From a bacterium (lineage in GTDB: Bacteria > Patescibacteriota > Patescibacteriia > UBA10025), in NCBI GenBank assembly GCA_021815445.1, contig JAKAGM010000002.1:307720-371719 (forward strand): a DNA stretch of 64,000 bases, written 5' to 3'. Below, one piece after another: positions 8,210 through 17,790 of this stretch. How positions within the stretch are numbered: position 1 is the stretch's first letter; each line of letters starts with the position of its first letter. A model generated the notes under the pieces. The model did not search any database, was not told where the DNA came from, and saw nothing but the letters and a program-made list of their open reading frames with translations. A program made the position numbers and the translations under genes.

Positions 8210-9258
8210 ATAAGCGAGACAGATCTACATTTTGGTCGTTTGTCCTCTACAGCGCGAGCGGAATATTCGGTATTAGTGCCGCCGCGGTGCTTGGCGGTGC
8301 GCTCCTGCCTCATATATCTTCCTCAGTGGGAATTCTCCTCGCACGCGTGGTGCATACGTGCAGCCAATTACTTTCGACTGTTGCAGGGCGGGATATTTTC
8401 CTCAGCTCATTGAACGCGCTTATTCTGCTTTTCGTGGGAGCCTTTTTCCTGACAGGTGCTGGTCTTTTTTTCCATGCCTCGTGGAAGACTGGACGGTACG
8501 TCTCATCTTTGCGAAAAAAAATTTTTCACCTTTCGGATTCTCGAAAAAAGATGTTCAATACAATGTTTCCGTCACTTACCCTCGTCGGAGTGGATGATCA
8601 GCATCCCTTCGTAGTGAGCGCCGGTTTGTTCAAACCGAAAATATACGTCAGCGCCGGTTTGTTGACTCTCTTATCGGACGATGAGCTTGTAAGCGTTTTT
8701 AAACACGAGGAATACCATTGCAGAAATCGGGACACCGCACGTTTGTTTATCGTGCATTTTTTCAGAAAACTGTTTTGGTTCGTTCCCGGCATTTCAAAGT
8801 TTGCCGCACAGGTCCAGACACTTTTTGAAATATCAGCTGATGAGCACGCTATCCACGCACTTGGTGATGATACGGCACTCGGGAGTGCACTTGTAAAAGT
8901 ACTTCGCCACCCGTCTCATTCGGCGATACCGGAACTCATTCCGGCTTTTTCTTCGGTGAATGATCGCATTGGGCGGCTTCTAGACGCGTCCTACAAACCT
9001 TCGACACGTGCAGCCGTGGCGGTGCCGATTTTTGGGATACTATTCCTGCTTCTTTCGGTGTTCTTTGCCCGAGGCAGTTTCGCCGCACCCAATGTTGCTT
9101 TTGACGGTTTCGAATTGCATAAGATGTCCCAGTCAAGAATATGTCCACAAATTGTTCCCGAACTGCTCATGAGCGTTCCTCAGAACCGTGTCTGCGTCCA
9201 CCCGCAAAATAGTACGCAGGCGCCGTCATGCGGCGAAACACACCCTACAACTAACTAG
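8206..9258 (+). CDS. M56 family (BlaR1-like) membrane zinc metallopeptidase without penicillin-binding domain
   Basis: Overlaps blaI stop; GLFKPKIYVS, HEEYH (HExxH), E..ADE.A, RI.RLL; short Cys/His/Met tail. Confidence 0.88.
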   Translation: MNKRDRSTFWSFVLYSASGIFGISAAAVLGGALLPHISSSVGILLARVVHTCSQLLSTVAGRDIFLSSLNALILLFVGAFFLTGAGLFFHASWKTGRYVSSLRKKIFHLSDSRKKMFNTMFPSLTLVGVDDQHPFVVSAGLFKPKIYVSAGLLTLLSDDELVSVFKHEEYHCRNRDTARLFIVHFFRKLFWFVPGISKFAAQVQTLFEISADEHAIHALGDDTALGSALVKVLRHPSHSAIPELIPAFSSVNDRIGRLLDASYKPSTRAAVAVPIFGILFLLLSVFFARGSFAAPNVAFDGFELHKMSQSRICPQIVPELLMSVPQNRVCVHPQNSTQAPSCGETHPTTN

Positions 9259-9276
9259 AGAACATGCACTCATTAT

Positions 9277-10230
9277 ATGTCTGATACCATCACAAAAGAT
9301 ATTTGGATCCAGGGTATGCACTGTGACGCATGCGAAAAAACTATCCGCAAATCATTGGAACGCATAGGGGTAGGTGTTGAAGATATTCGTTATACTAATA
9401 ATCGTGTTGAATTACTCTATGATCCGCTGAGAGTGCCTTTCTCCCAAATTGAAGGTGCCGTCGCTGACGTCGGGTACCGCGTGCGAGAAACTCCTCCCGA
9501 GGAATCAGGTCCGCGGGAAACTTCAATTGAGCGCGCCAAAAGGGTTTTTCATTCTTTTCGAAATGACCCTGAAGCGTATCAACTGGAAAAACAAGTCATC
9601 AAAAGCACGCTCGGTACGTTGTTTATTGCGGCGGCATTAGAGTATCTCATCTATTTTATTTTCTTTTGGAACATTCAAGGATTTCTCCATACCTACGGCC
9701 AATATCTTGGGTACTTGATTGTCGGTGTCGTCGCAACAGGAGGAGCGGTAAGGCACTTACGGGCGTATCAGGGGGCCGTTTCATGCATGACAGGAATGAT
9801 GATTGGAATGACCATCGGGATGATTTCCGGCCTGCTTCTGGGGGCAGTTGTTGGCGCAACCAACGGCATGTTCGTTGGCTCTGTTTTCGGGATGGCTGTC
9901 GGTATGGCCGTCGGCGGCTGGGTAGGGGTGTGTTGTGGGATCATGGGACTCATGGAAGGCATGATGGCGGGGCTTATGGGCGGCACTATGGGCGCGATGA
10001 TCGGGGTGATGATGATTCCCGACAGACTCACGCTCTTTTTGCCGATATTCTTTGTCGCATGTCTTGCAATACTCGCAGGTCTTAGCTATATGGTGTACAA
10101 GGAGCACAAAGGCGCGCGAGACGAGGTAAAGTTGTATGGATTCTGGCCGTATACTTTTATCAATTTTGCATTCGTTCTTGCGGGAACCATCATCATCGTG
10201 TGGGGACCCAAGGCGGCATTTTTACGTTAA
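9277..10230 (+). CDS. HMA-domain protein fused to a Met/Gly-rich multi-TM domain
   Basis: GMHCDAC at the N-terminus; MTGMMIGMTIGM...CCGIMGLMEGMMAGLMGGTMGAM TM region. Confidence 0.8.
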   Translation: MSDTITKDIWIQGMHCDACEKTIRKSLERIGVGVEDIRYTNNRVELLYDPLRVPFSQIEGAVADVGYRVRETPPEESGPRETSIERAKRVFHSFRNDPEAYQLEKQVIKSTLGTLFIAAALEYLIYFIFFWNIQGFLHTYGQYLGYLIVGVVATGGAVRHLRAYQGAVSCMTGMMIGMTIGMISGLLLGAVVGATNGMFVGSVFGMAVGMAVGGWVGVCCGIMGLMEGMMAGLMGGTMGAMIGVMMIPDRLTLFLPIFFVACLAILAGLSYMVYKEHKGARDEVKLYGFWPYTFINFAFVLAGTIIIVWGPKAAFLR

Positions 10231-10236
10231 CGAAAA

Positions 10237-10461
10237 ATGGATACTCTTACGCTTTCAATTTCGGGCATGCATTGCGCATCCTGCAGTAAACTGATCACTA
10301 TGGACCTGGAAGACATCGGCGTGACAGCCAGTATTGATCGCGACACCGGAAAGGGCAAAGTTACATTTGATCCTCAAAAAGTTTCGCAGGACCAAATACT
10401 CGATCAAATCAAAAAAAGCGGTTATCAGGCGTCAGTTATCACGGGTGGGACAGCACAATGA
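10237..10461 (+). CDS. copZ: CopZ-like copper chaperone (HMA)
   Basis: 74 aa with GMHCASC. Confidence 0.85.
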   Translation: MDTLTLSISGMHCASCSKLITMDLEDIGVTASIDRDTGKGKVTFDPQKVSQDQILDQIKKSGYQASVITGGTAQ

Positions 10462-11216
10462 ACGTCACTCAATTACCGCTTGCACTTTCTTTTGTCTTCG
10501 GTGTTCTTTCCATCATATCCCCCTGCGTGATAGTTTTGCTGCCCGCGTACTTGGCCACCATCACGGGGTTCAGCATCGAAGAGCTCACTTCAGCAGAACA
10601 CGAGAGCATTGTCCTTCGAAGGATACTTGGAAATGCGCTCGGGTTTATTCTCGGCTTCTTCCTGGTTTTTATCCCTCTAGGTGCGCTGATCGGTGTGGCG
10701 GCAACTGCGATAGGAAGCGCACGATCGGTTTTCGCGGTCGTCGCGGGCGTCATCGTCGTGCTCCTCGGGATGAATTTCCTGTATCCGCTCCCTTTTCTCA
10801 GGTGGATCAACACCGATGTCCGGATTCGCTGGAAACCTCGCGGCTATTCGTTCATCAGTAATATTTTCTTCGGCGCCGTATTCGCTTTTGTATGGACTCC
10901 CTGCGTTGGACCGTATCTCGTGGCTGTCACAGCTCTGGTCGGGTCGACGGGAGACATCGGCAAAGGCGTAGCGTACTTTTCTCTCTACGCACTCGGTCTG
11001 GCGATAAGCATGCTCGTATTTACTGTCTTTTACACCAAAGTGGCATTCGTGACGAATTTTCTCAAACAACACTCGCGGTCTATCCAAGTAATCAGCGGAA
11101 TTCTCCTTATCACCATCGGCATTCTCATGATATCCGACAAACTCTATCTTACCAACATTGCTATCAATAAATTCTTCGGCGGTTTCCAACCCGAATCGTG
11201 GTTTATTAATTCATAA
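10458..11216 (+). CDS. ccdA: CcdA/DsbD-family transmembrane protein (copy 3)
   Basis: GVLSIISPC..LLPAYL and FVWTPCVGP motifs. Confidence 0.9.
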   Translation: MNVTQLPLALSFVFGVLSIISPCVIVLLPAYLATITGFSIEELTSAEHESIVLRRILGNALGFILGFFLVFIPLGALIGVAATAIGSARSVFAVVAGVIVVLLGMNFLYPLPFLRWINTDVRIRWKPRGYSFISNIFFGAVFAFVWTPCVGPYLVAVTALVGSTGDIGKGVAYFSLYALGLAISMLVFTVFYTKVAFVTNFLKQHSRSIQVISGILLITIGILMISDKLYLTNIAINKFFGGFQPESWFINS

Positions 11217-11227
11217 TATACAGCACT

Positions 11228-11659
11228 ATGGCCTCACAAAAATCAGACAGTTCGCATTTTATCAGAAATATGATGATCGTCATGGGCATTGTCACTGCTC
11301 TCAGCGGTGCAGCTGCCTGGCGTCTCGGTTCACGGGCGACAATTACGCCGAGAACAAGTGACACCACGGTTGCCGACGATTTGTCCGGAAGCGCGCAAGA
11401 CGCTGTTTCTATCACCGTAGCGTCCTCAGGATATACTCCGGGGGAAATCACGGTACCTCAGGGCAAGAAAGTTCGCCTCAACCTTGTCACCAACGGCACG
11501 TACGGATGCATCCGCTCTTTTGTCATCCCGAAACTTGGGATTTCAAAAACTCTCCCGACAAGCGGCACGACAACCGTCGAGTTTACTCCGACGGAAAAGG
11601 GGACACTCGCGTTCCAGTGTTCCATGGGGATGTTCAGGGGAAATATTAAAGTCATATAA
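11228..11659 (+). CDS. Membrane-anchored cupredoxin-domain protein
   Basis: N-terminal TM; GYTP..ITV..G..V.L, GC, FQCSMGMFRG. Confidence 0.85.
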   Translation: MASQKSDSSHFIRNMMIVMGIVTALSGAAAWRLGSRATITPRTSDTTVADDLSGSAQDAVSITVASSGYTPGEITVPQGKKVRLNLVTNGTYGCIRSFVIPKLGISKTLPTSGTTTVEFTPTEKGTLAFQCSMGMFRGNIKVI

Positions 11660-11665
11660 ATTTTC

Positions 11666-12037
11666 ATGGACCCGCGCCAACTGATTGGCATTGTTCTGAT
11701 CGCACTAGTCGTAGGGCTTTTTTTTCTGTGGCTGAGGTTCCAGCGGCGCCAAGAGCGCGCCTCAGAGAGCGGTGGTATCCAAGAGGTTACCATTCTCGTC
11801 AAGGGAGCGTACGATCCGAACGTGATTACCGCAAAGGCCGGCATACCCCTTCGTATCCATTTTAACCGGCAGGAAGATACTGACTGCTCCCGGTTTGTTA
11901 CCTTCGATACGCTCCATCTAAGAAAGAATTTAAAATCCTTTTCGACAACCGAAATCGAATTTACCCCAGAAAAAGCGGGCGAGTATCCTTTCGCATGCGA
12001 TATGGGCATGTATCAGGGAAAGTTGATCGTAAAATAG
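11666..12037 (+). CDS. Membrane-anchored cupredoxin-domain protein (CupA-like)
   Basis: TM; AYDPNVI..KAG.P.RI.F.R.E..DC, FACDMGMYQG; directly upstream of copA. Confidence 0.85.
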   Translation: MDPRQLIGIVLIALVVGLFFLWLRFQRRQERASESGGIQEVTILVKGAYDPNVITAKAGIPLRIHFNRQEDTDCSRFVTFDTLHLRKNLKSFSTTEIEFTPEKAGEYPFACDMGMYQGKLIVK

Positions 12038-12046
12038 TAGAGACAT

Positions 12047-14341
12047 ATGGGACAGCAGACGACGACATTATCACTTCGGGGAATGCATTGCGCGAGTTGC
12101 GCGCAGTTGATTGAGCGCGGGCTCAAAAAGGTTCCGGGGGTGCAGCAAGCCAACGTAAATTACGGCACCGAACGAGCCCATGTAGTGTTCGACTCGGTGA
12201 CTGCCTCGGTTGATTCCTTGATTCGGGGCGTGGAGAATGTCGGGTATCATGCCAAGGAACTAAAAGAAGACCGTCAGTCGCGCCAGTCAGAAGACGACGA
12301 ACGTCGCCGGGAGATACAGAAAATCAAGACAAAATTTTTTATCAGTCTCGTCCTATCCCTCCCCGTGCTCGTGCTCAGTATGGGCATGAAGATTGTTCCC
12401 GCGATCGAAAATATACCGAATCGCGAATGGATCCAGTTTCTCTTTGCGACGCCCATTCAGTTTTGGGCCGGGTGGCAGTTCTATCGTGGATTCTGGGGGG
12501 CGCTGAAGGCCCGTACGGCGAATATGGACAGTCTCATCGCCCTCGGCACCTCCGCGGCGTATTTTTACTCCTTAGTCGTTATCCTCAAGCTTGTTGAGGG
12601 GGAAGTATACTTTGAAATAGGGAGCATTCTGATTGCATTCGTTCTCCTGGGCAAATGGCTCGAGGCGCGAGCCAAAGGCAAGACAGGAGAAGCCATCAAA
12701 AAGCTCATGGGCCTGGCGCCCACTACTGCGTTTGTTATTCGCGGCGAGAGGGAGCTGGAGATCCCGCTCGAACAGGTGGTCGTCGGGGATCATATCCGGG
12801 TGAAACCGGGGTCGAAGATTCCTGTTGACGGCATGGTTGAAGATGGCGTTTCGTCGGTTGATGAGTCAATGATAACCGGCGAAAGCATTCCAGTAGAAAA
12901 AAGCGCCGGAACGGCGGTGATCGGCGGAACTATCAATATCCACGGCTCATTCGTCTTCCAGGCGAAAAAGATTGGGAAAGAAACGTTACTTGCCGGAATT
13001 ATTAAGCTCGTTGAGGATGCTCAGGCGTCCAAGGCGCCCATTCAGCGTTTTGCCGACCGGGTATCGGCGTATTTTGTCCCTATAGTCATCGCGCTCGCGC
13101 TCATTACCTTTCTGTCATGGTATTTTATCGCGGCCCAGCCGTTTGTTTCCAGTTTACTCGCGTTTGTCGCCGTGCTAGTCATCGCCTGCCCCTGCGCGCT
13201 CGGTCTCGCCACTCCTACGGCAATTATTACTGGCACGGGACTGGGCGCGTCGCGGGGCATTCTCATCAAAGGCGGTGAAGCGCTTGAAGCAGCCAGAAAA
13301 ATCGACACGGTGGTTTTTGACAAGACGGGGACCCTGACGATAGGCAAGCCGCTGGTCACGGATATTGTCCAGCTTGAAGAAGGCCAGAAAGCGCTCACCT
13401 TTTTTATTCATCAGATGGCCGGCACGCATATTGAAGATATCCTGCTCCAGGTCGCCGCATCACTCGAGGCGCAATCGGAGCACTCGTTGGCTGAGGCCAT
13501 TGTCAAAGAGGCAAAAGTTCGAAAATTGCCGTTATTTGCCATACGGAATTTTTCCGCGCAGCCGGGCAGAGGAGTGTATGCTGAAATTGTTCCCGCAGAC
13601 GGCGTTACATCAACAGTCAATGTACTTCTAGGTAATAGGAAGATGATGGTCGAAGCGGGGATACCTCTAGGTTCCGCCGAATCCTTTATGCATGCACTTG
13701 AGGAACAGGGCAAGACAGTGATGGCGGTCGGCATACTCGGCCAGCAGGGATCTACGCATGTTGTTGCGGGGCTTATCGCCGTCTCTGATGTTCCAAAGCA
13801 GGATGCCAGAGAAGCGGTTCGCGCGCTCACAGAACGTGGAATTTCTGTCGCGATGATTACCGGCGACAACAGGAGGACCGGAGAGGCTATCGCGCGGCAG
13901 CTGGGCATCACCCGAGTTCTGGCCGAAGTATTGCCCCAGGACAAAGCCGACGAAGTAAAGAAACTTCAGGCAGAAGGGAAGAAAGTGGCTTTTGTCGGGG
14001 ATGGAGTCAATGATGCTCCGGCGCTTGCCTCGGCAGATCTCGGCATTGCCATCGGCTCGGGGACTGACGTTGCGCTCGAGGCCGGGCAGATTGTGCTGGT
14101 AAAAAACAATTTACTCGATGTCGTCAGAGCTATCCGACTTTCTCAGGCGACGTTTCGTAAAATTGTCCAAAATCTTTTTTGGGCCCTTATCTACAATGTC
14201 GCCGGCATACCCATCGCGGCAGGGGCATTGTACGGGGTGCTCGGATGGCAACTGAGACCCGAAATTGCCGGAGCGGCTATGGCTCTGTCCAGTGTCTCTG
14301 TTGTGACAAATTCTCTTCTTTTAAAGCGATTTCGAGCATAA
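12047..14341 (+). CDS. copA: Cu(I)-translocating P1B-type ATPase
   Basis: GMHCASC, TGES, CPC, DKTGT, GDGVND, YN and MALSS motifs; the usual SEHP reads SEHS. Confidence 0.95.
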   Translation: MGQQTTTLSLRGMHCASCAQLIERGLKKVPGVQQANVNYGTERAHVVFDSVTASVDSLIRGVENVGYHAKELKEDRQSRQSEDDERRREIQKIKTKFFISLVLSLPVLVLSMGMKIVPAIENIPNREWIQFLFATPIQFWAGWQFYRGFWGALKARTANMDSLIALGTSAAYFYSLVVILKLVEGEVYFEIGSILIAFVLLGKWLEARAKGKTGEAIKKLMGLAPTTAFVIRGERELEIPLEQVVVGDHIRVKPGSKIPVDGMVEDGVSSVDESMITGESIPVEKSAGTAVIGGTINIHGSFVFQAKKIGKETLLAGIIKLVEDAQASKAPIQRFADRVSAYFVPIVIALALITFLSWYFIAAQPFVSSLLAFVAVLVIACPCALGLATPTAIITGTGLGASRGILIKGGEALEAARKIDTVVFDKTGTLTIGKPLVTDIVQLEEGQKALTFFIHQMAGTHIEDILLQVAASLEAQSEHSLAEAIVKEAKVRKLPLFAIRNFSAQPGRGVYAEIVPADGVTSTVNVLLGNRKMMVEAGIPLGSAESFMHALEEQGKTVMAVGILGQQGSTHVVAGLIAVSDVPKQDAREAVRALTERGISVAMITGDNRRTGEAIARQLGITRVLAEVLPQDKADEVKKLQAEGKKVAFVGDGVNDAPALASADLGIAIGSGTDVALEAGQIVLVKNNLLDVVRAIRLSQATFRKIVQNLFWALIYNVAGIPIAAGALYGVLGWQLRPEIAGAAMALSSVSVVTNSLLLKRFRA

Positions 14342-14375
14342 ACTGTTCTTGAGAAAGCTTGTGTATAACTAATAC

Positions 14376-14411
14376 TTGACCTGCGTGAATATTCTACTAC
14401 AATAAGTAGTA
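14376..14411 (+). promoter_or_regulatory. Promoter with BlaI-type operator (copy 3)
   Basis: TTGACC(14376)-16 bp-TACAAT(14398); TACTAC-AATAA-GTAGTA at 14395-14411. Confidence 0.65.
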
Positions 14412-14474
14412 GCTCTTTGAAAGATATTGCGTCTAAAGGGCAAGTTACCTTCCTTATGGTATACTGGAATCATT

Positions 14475-15209
14475 ATGGCTGGTATCCCACCACTAGAACC
14501 CGTAAAAAAGCCGTTGGTACTCCGATGGTGGTTTTTGATGACAGTTTTTTTGGCCGTAATAATAGCCGGTTCGTTTGGGATGTTAGTGTATGAAAATTAC
14601 CGCGCCCTCCAGAAAGGTGAGATAAGCATTGCAGGAGGTATCACGCGGGATCCGAACGCTACGGCGACAAATGTAGCGATTGCCAATGTGGTCACTGATG
14701 ACGACCCTTCTCTTGGTCCTAAAGATGCCAAGGTGGTCGTAGTCGAGTTTGCCGATTTTCAATGTCCGTATTGTCAGGAGGCATTTCCCATTATCAGGGA
14801 GCTTACGGTGAAGTACGCAGACAAGGTCCGGTTTATTTATCGTGATTTTCCCGTGGGCAGTGTGCACCCGGACGCCCAAAACGCGGCAATAGCAGCGTCG
14901 TGCGTAGCCAAGCAGGATCAGGTGAAGTTTTGGCTCTATCATGACAAACTTTACCTGAACCAGGAAGATTTAGGCCAGGACGCACTCTTAAGATACGCCC
15001 TGCAGGTAGGCGCAGACGAACAGAAGTTTCTCGCATGCATCAATGATTCGAGCGTTGCCCAGGAGGTTCAAAATGATTATCAGGACGGCATTATCGCCGG
15101 CGTGACGGGGACTCCGACATTCTTTATAGACGGCAGGCGGGTACCGGGGGTGATCCCTCTCGATATCTTCACAAAGGCGCTTGATTCCGAACTTTCCAAA
15201 CAACAATAA
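14475..15209 (+). CDS. DsbA-family thiol-disulfide oxidoreductase (membrane-anchored)
   Basis: EFADFQCPYC, YRDFP, GVTGTPTFFI; N-terminal TM. Confidence 0.92.
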   Translation: MAGIPPLEPVKKPLVLRWWFLMTVFLAVIIAGSFGMLVYENYRALQKGEISIAGGITRDPNATATNVAIANVVTDDDPSLGPKDAKVVVVEFADFQCPYCQEAFPIIRELTVKYADKVRFIYRDFPVGSVHPDAQNAAIAASCVAKQDQVKFWLYHDKLYLNQEDLGQDALLRYALQVGADEQKFLACINDSSVAQEVQNDYQDGIIAGVTGTPTFFIDGRRVPGVIPLDIFTKALDSELSKQQ

Positions 15210-15356
15210 ACCACAGACGTAAACAGTCGGTCACCCTACGCCAGTCCAATTCTTTCTTTGGTCGCTGACATGAGAAAGTGAAGCGGGTTGACTACTTTAC
15301 GCCTGCTGGTATACTAGGACGACTACCTCTAATTATTTTTTAAAAGTTTCGTTACT

Positions 15357-16136
15357 ATGGAGAAAGAACAAAAGATAACTCACCAATCAGAGGACGGTAT
15401 TTTCCAGGCGTCGCCAAAAGTGACGTTTTACTTGGGATTGCTGTCGGGTATCACGCTTGTCAGCGTCATCGGTTTCTTTTTAACCTTTTCGATGCTACGA
15501 AGCGGATCTGTCGTGACAAAGAACACAAACTCAGGAACCAATGGGACGGTCGCCGGTGCAGATACAAACACGAATACTGCTGCTGCTCCTGCAGCTGCCC
15601 CGACAGCACCCGTTGATATCAAACTCACCGCTGATGACCACGTGAAGGGTAATGCAAATGCCAAGGTAACTCTGGTAGAATATTCTGACTTCCAGTGCCC
15701 GTTTTGCGCTACAGTCAGACCAACATTGGATCAAGTTATGAAGGACTATGGGGATAAAGTAAAACTTGTGTATCGCAATTATCCTCTGACTTCACTGCAT
15801 CCGATGGCCCAAAAGGCGGCAGAAGCATCAGAGTGCGCATCTGAGCAAGGGAAATTCTGGGAGATGCACGATAAACTCTTCGACCAGAATACTGCGGGCA
15901 CGATGAGCGTGGATAACTTCAAGAAAGCTGCCGGAGAGTTAAAACTCAACCAGAGCCAGTTTGATACCTGTCTCGACACAGGAAAGTATGCGAGCAAGGT
16001 TACAGCCTCCGAGACCGAGGGGACTTCATTCGGCGTGCAAGGCACCCCGGCGACTTTCGTCAACGGCGTGCTTATTTCCGGTGCGGTGCCATATGCGCAG
16101 TTTAAGACTGCGATAGACAACGCATTGAGCTCCTGA
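15357..16136 (+). CDS. DsbA-family thiol-disulfide oxidoreductase (second copy)
   Basis: EYSDFQCPFC, YRNYPL, GVQGTPATFVNG; N-terminal TM; own TTGACT/TATACT promoter at 15288-15315. Confidence 0.92.
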   Translation: MEKEQKITHQSEDGIFQASPKVTFYLGLLSGITLVSVIGFFLTFSMLRSGSVVTKNTNSGTNGTVAGADTNTNTAAAPAAAPTAPVDIKLTADDHVKGNANAKVTLVEYSDFQCPFCATVRPTLDQVMKDYGDKVKLVYRNYPLTSLHPMAQKAAEASECASEQGKFWEMHDKLFDQNTAGTMSVDNFKKAAGELKLNQSQFDTCLDTGKYASKVTASETEGTSFGVQGTPATFVNGVLISGAVPYAQFKTAIDNALSS

Positions 16137-16148
16137 GACCACTTTAAG

Positions 16149-16979
16149 ATGATTTTTGGAAGCGCCCTACCGAATCCGATCGCGTTGTCGGTGGGCGCTT
16201 TTGGTATTCGGTGGTACGCGCTTATCATTGTAAGCGCTATAGTAGCCGGGTTTAGCATCACGCGAAGGATGGCGCGCCAACAAGGAATCCAGGATGAAAC
16301 TGTGTGGGATATTCTGCTCTTCACGATTCCCGCGGCAATTATTTTCGGCAGATTGGCTTTTGTGCTAAGTCACCTTCCTCTCTACTATACGTTTAAAGAT
16401 ACCCTAAAAATTTGGGAAGGCGGCATTTCGAGCCACGGAACTATATTGGGAGGTTTGCTGGTCATTGTACTCATCGCATGGAAGCGACGAATTTCGTTTT
16501 GGATGCTTATGGACATCATTGTTCCCGGCGCCGTGCTCGCACAAGCGATAGGGAGGTGGGGCAACTACATGAATCAAGAGGCATTCGGCCCGCCGACAAA
16601 CCTGCCGTGGGCTGTCCCTATCCAGCCCTCTCTGCGGCCGGATAGATACGCTAACTTCGATTACTTCCATCCCACCTGGCTCTATGAGTCGATCTGGAAT
16701 CTCGTCGTTTTTGTTGTCCTCCTGCTTTTGTTCAAAAGGGTTCGGCATAAACCCGGTGTCCTCGCGGCCATTTATTTCCTTTTGTATTATGCCGGGAGGT
16801 TCGTCCTAGAGTTTTTCCGACTTGATACCGTTTTTGTCGGTGCAGTACGGTTTACCACGTACCTCAGTATCGCTGTAATGATCGTCGCTGTAAGCGTATT
16901 GATTGCGCGTATGCGGAGAGCACCTCAAACATTTGAGGATATAGAGACTATTCAGACCAACAAGCAGGGCACCGCATAG
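16149..16979 (+). CDS. lgt: Prolipoprotein diacylglyceryl transferase
   Basis: IRWYAL, WEGGISSHG, AQAIGRWGNYMNQEAFG, HPTWLYES motifs. Confidence 0.95.
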   Translation: MIFGSALPNPIALSVGAFGIRWYALIIVSAIVAGFSITRRMARQQGIQDETVWDILLFTIPAAIIFGRLAFVLSHLPLYYTFKDTLKIWEGGISSHGTILGGLLVIVLIAWKRRISFWMLMDIIVPGAVLAQAIGRWGNYMNQEAFGPPTNLPWAVPIQPSLRPDRYANFDYFHPTWLYESIWNLVVFVVLLLLFKRVRHKPGVLAAIYFLLYYAGRFVLEFFRLDTVFVGAVRFTTYLSIAVMIVAVSVLIARMRRAPQTFEDIETIQTNKQGTA

Positions 16980-17111
16980 GAGCTGTTGAAAAAATATTCC
17001 GCTGACGCTTGCAACTGGCCGGATCTGCACATCGGCACTTATTATTATCTCACCTAGCTCTGTGCGCCCTTGCCTTTTTCCTATGCATAGTGTATTCTCT
17101 GGCGGTACCGT

Positions 17112-17186
17112 CGCGGGGTAGAGCAGTAGCAGCTCGCCGGGCTCATAATCCGGAGGTCGTGGGTGCAAATCCCACCCCCGCAACCA
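17112..17186 (+). tRNA. tRNA-fMet (initiator, CAT)
   Basis: CGCGGGG...CCCCGCA-ACCA with C1:A72 mismatch; anticodon loop CTCATAA; atypical D and T loops. Confidence 0.85.
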
Positions 17187-17200
17187 ATTCGAAAAAATGC

Positions 17201-17274
17201 GGCAGGGTAGCTCAGCTGGTTAGAGCGTGGGACTCATAAGCCCAAGGTCGTGGGTTCGACCCCCACCCCTGCTA
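17201..17274 (+). tRNA. tRNA-Met (CAT), probably elongator (Ile2 not excluded)
   Basis: GGCAGGG...CCCTGCT-A, D arm GCTCAGCTGGTTAGAGC, loop CTCATAA, GGTTCGAC; CCA not encoded. Confidence 0.88.
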
Positions 17275-17291
17275 TAAGCTCCCTCACACAG

Positions 17292-17628
17292 TAATTGCCA
17301 GCCCCCTATCATAAAAATCATAAGGGCTGTTTTAGCATATTGGGGCCGAAGGGCAGAAGCGATCCTGAGTGGAACGAAGGAGAGCGCCGACGAATGCGAA
17401 CGAGTGCAGTATTCGGCGCTGCCCGGGACAGACCCCCACCCCTACTACCAACCACGTACGAAATAATTGCCAACCTTCTTTTTCAGCGCGCGAAGGTTGT
17501 TTTGGCACATGGGGGTCGAAGCCGACCCGAACGCGCCGTAGGCGATGAAGTGAGGGCGGCAGGCTTCGGATGAGACCGAGGAATATCGCGATGAGGTCGA
17601 GGGAAAAGGATCCTCACCTCTGTTACAA
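17292..17628 (+). repeat. Two degenerate ~172-178-bp tRNA-linked repeat units
   Basis: Each begins TAATTGCCA + hairpin + TTTTRGCAYAT-GGGGYCGAAG and ends in a copy of the tRNA-Met 3' end (17431-17450, 17609-17628). Confidence 0.7.
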
Positions 17629-17790
17629 ACAATCCCTCTGTGAAATACCCCCCTGCTGTCTCAAGCATACGGAGGATGTTTTTGCATAAAAAAAGAAAAA
17701 GCGCTTTGTGATTGATTTCGTATACTACGAATTCACAAAGCGCTACAGTGCCAAACTACTGGTCGATGTGTGGAGCTGTTTGTTCATGGG

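Noticed and set aside
17292-17628. CRISPR array interpretation of the repeats behind tRNA-Met
   Set aside because: The period is ~175 bp, repeats are degenerate tRNA ends, and no cas genes are present
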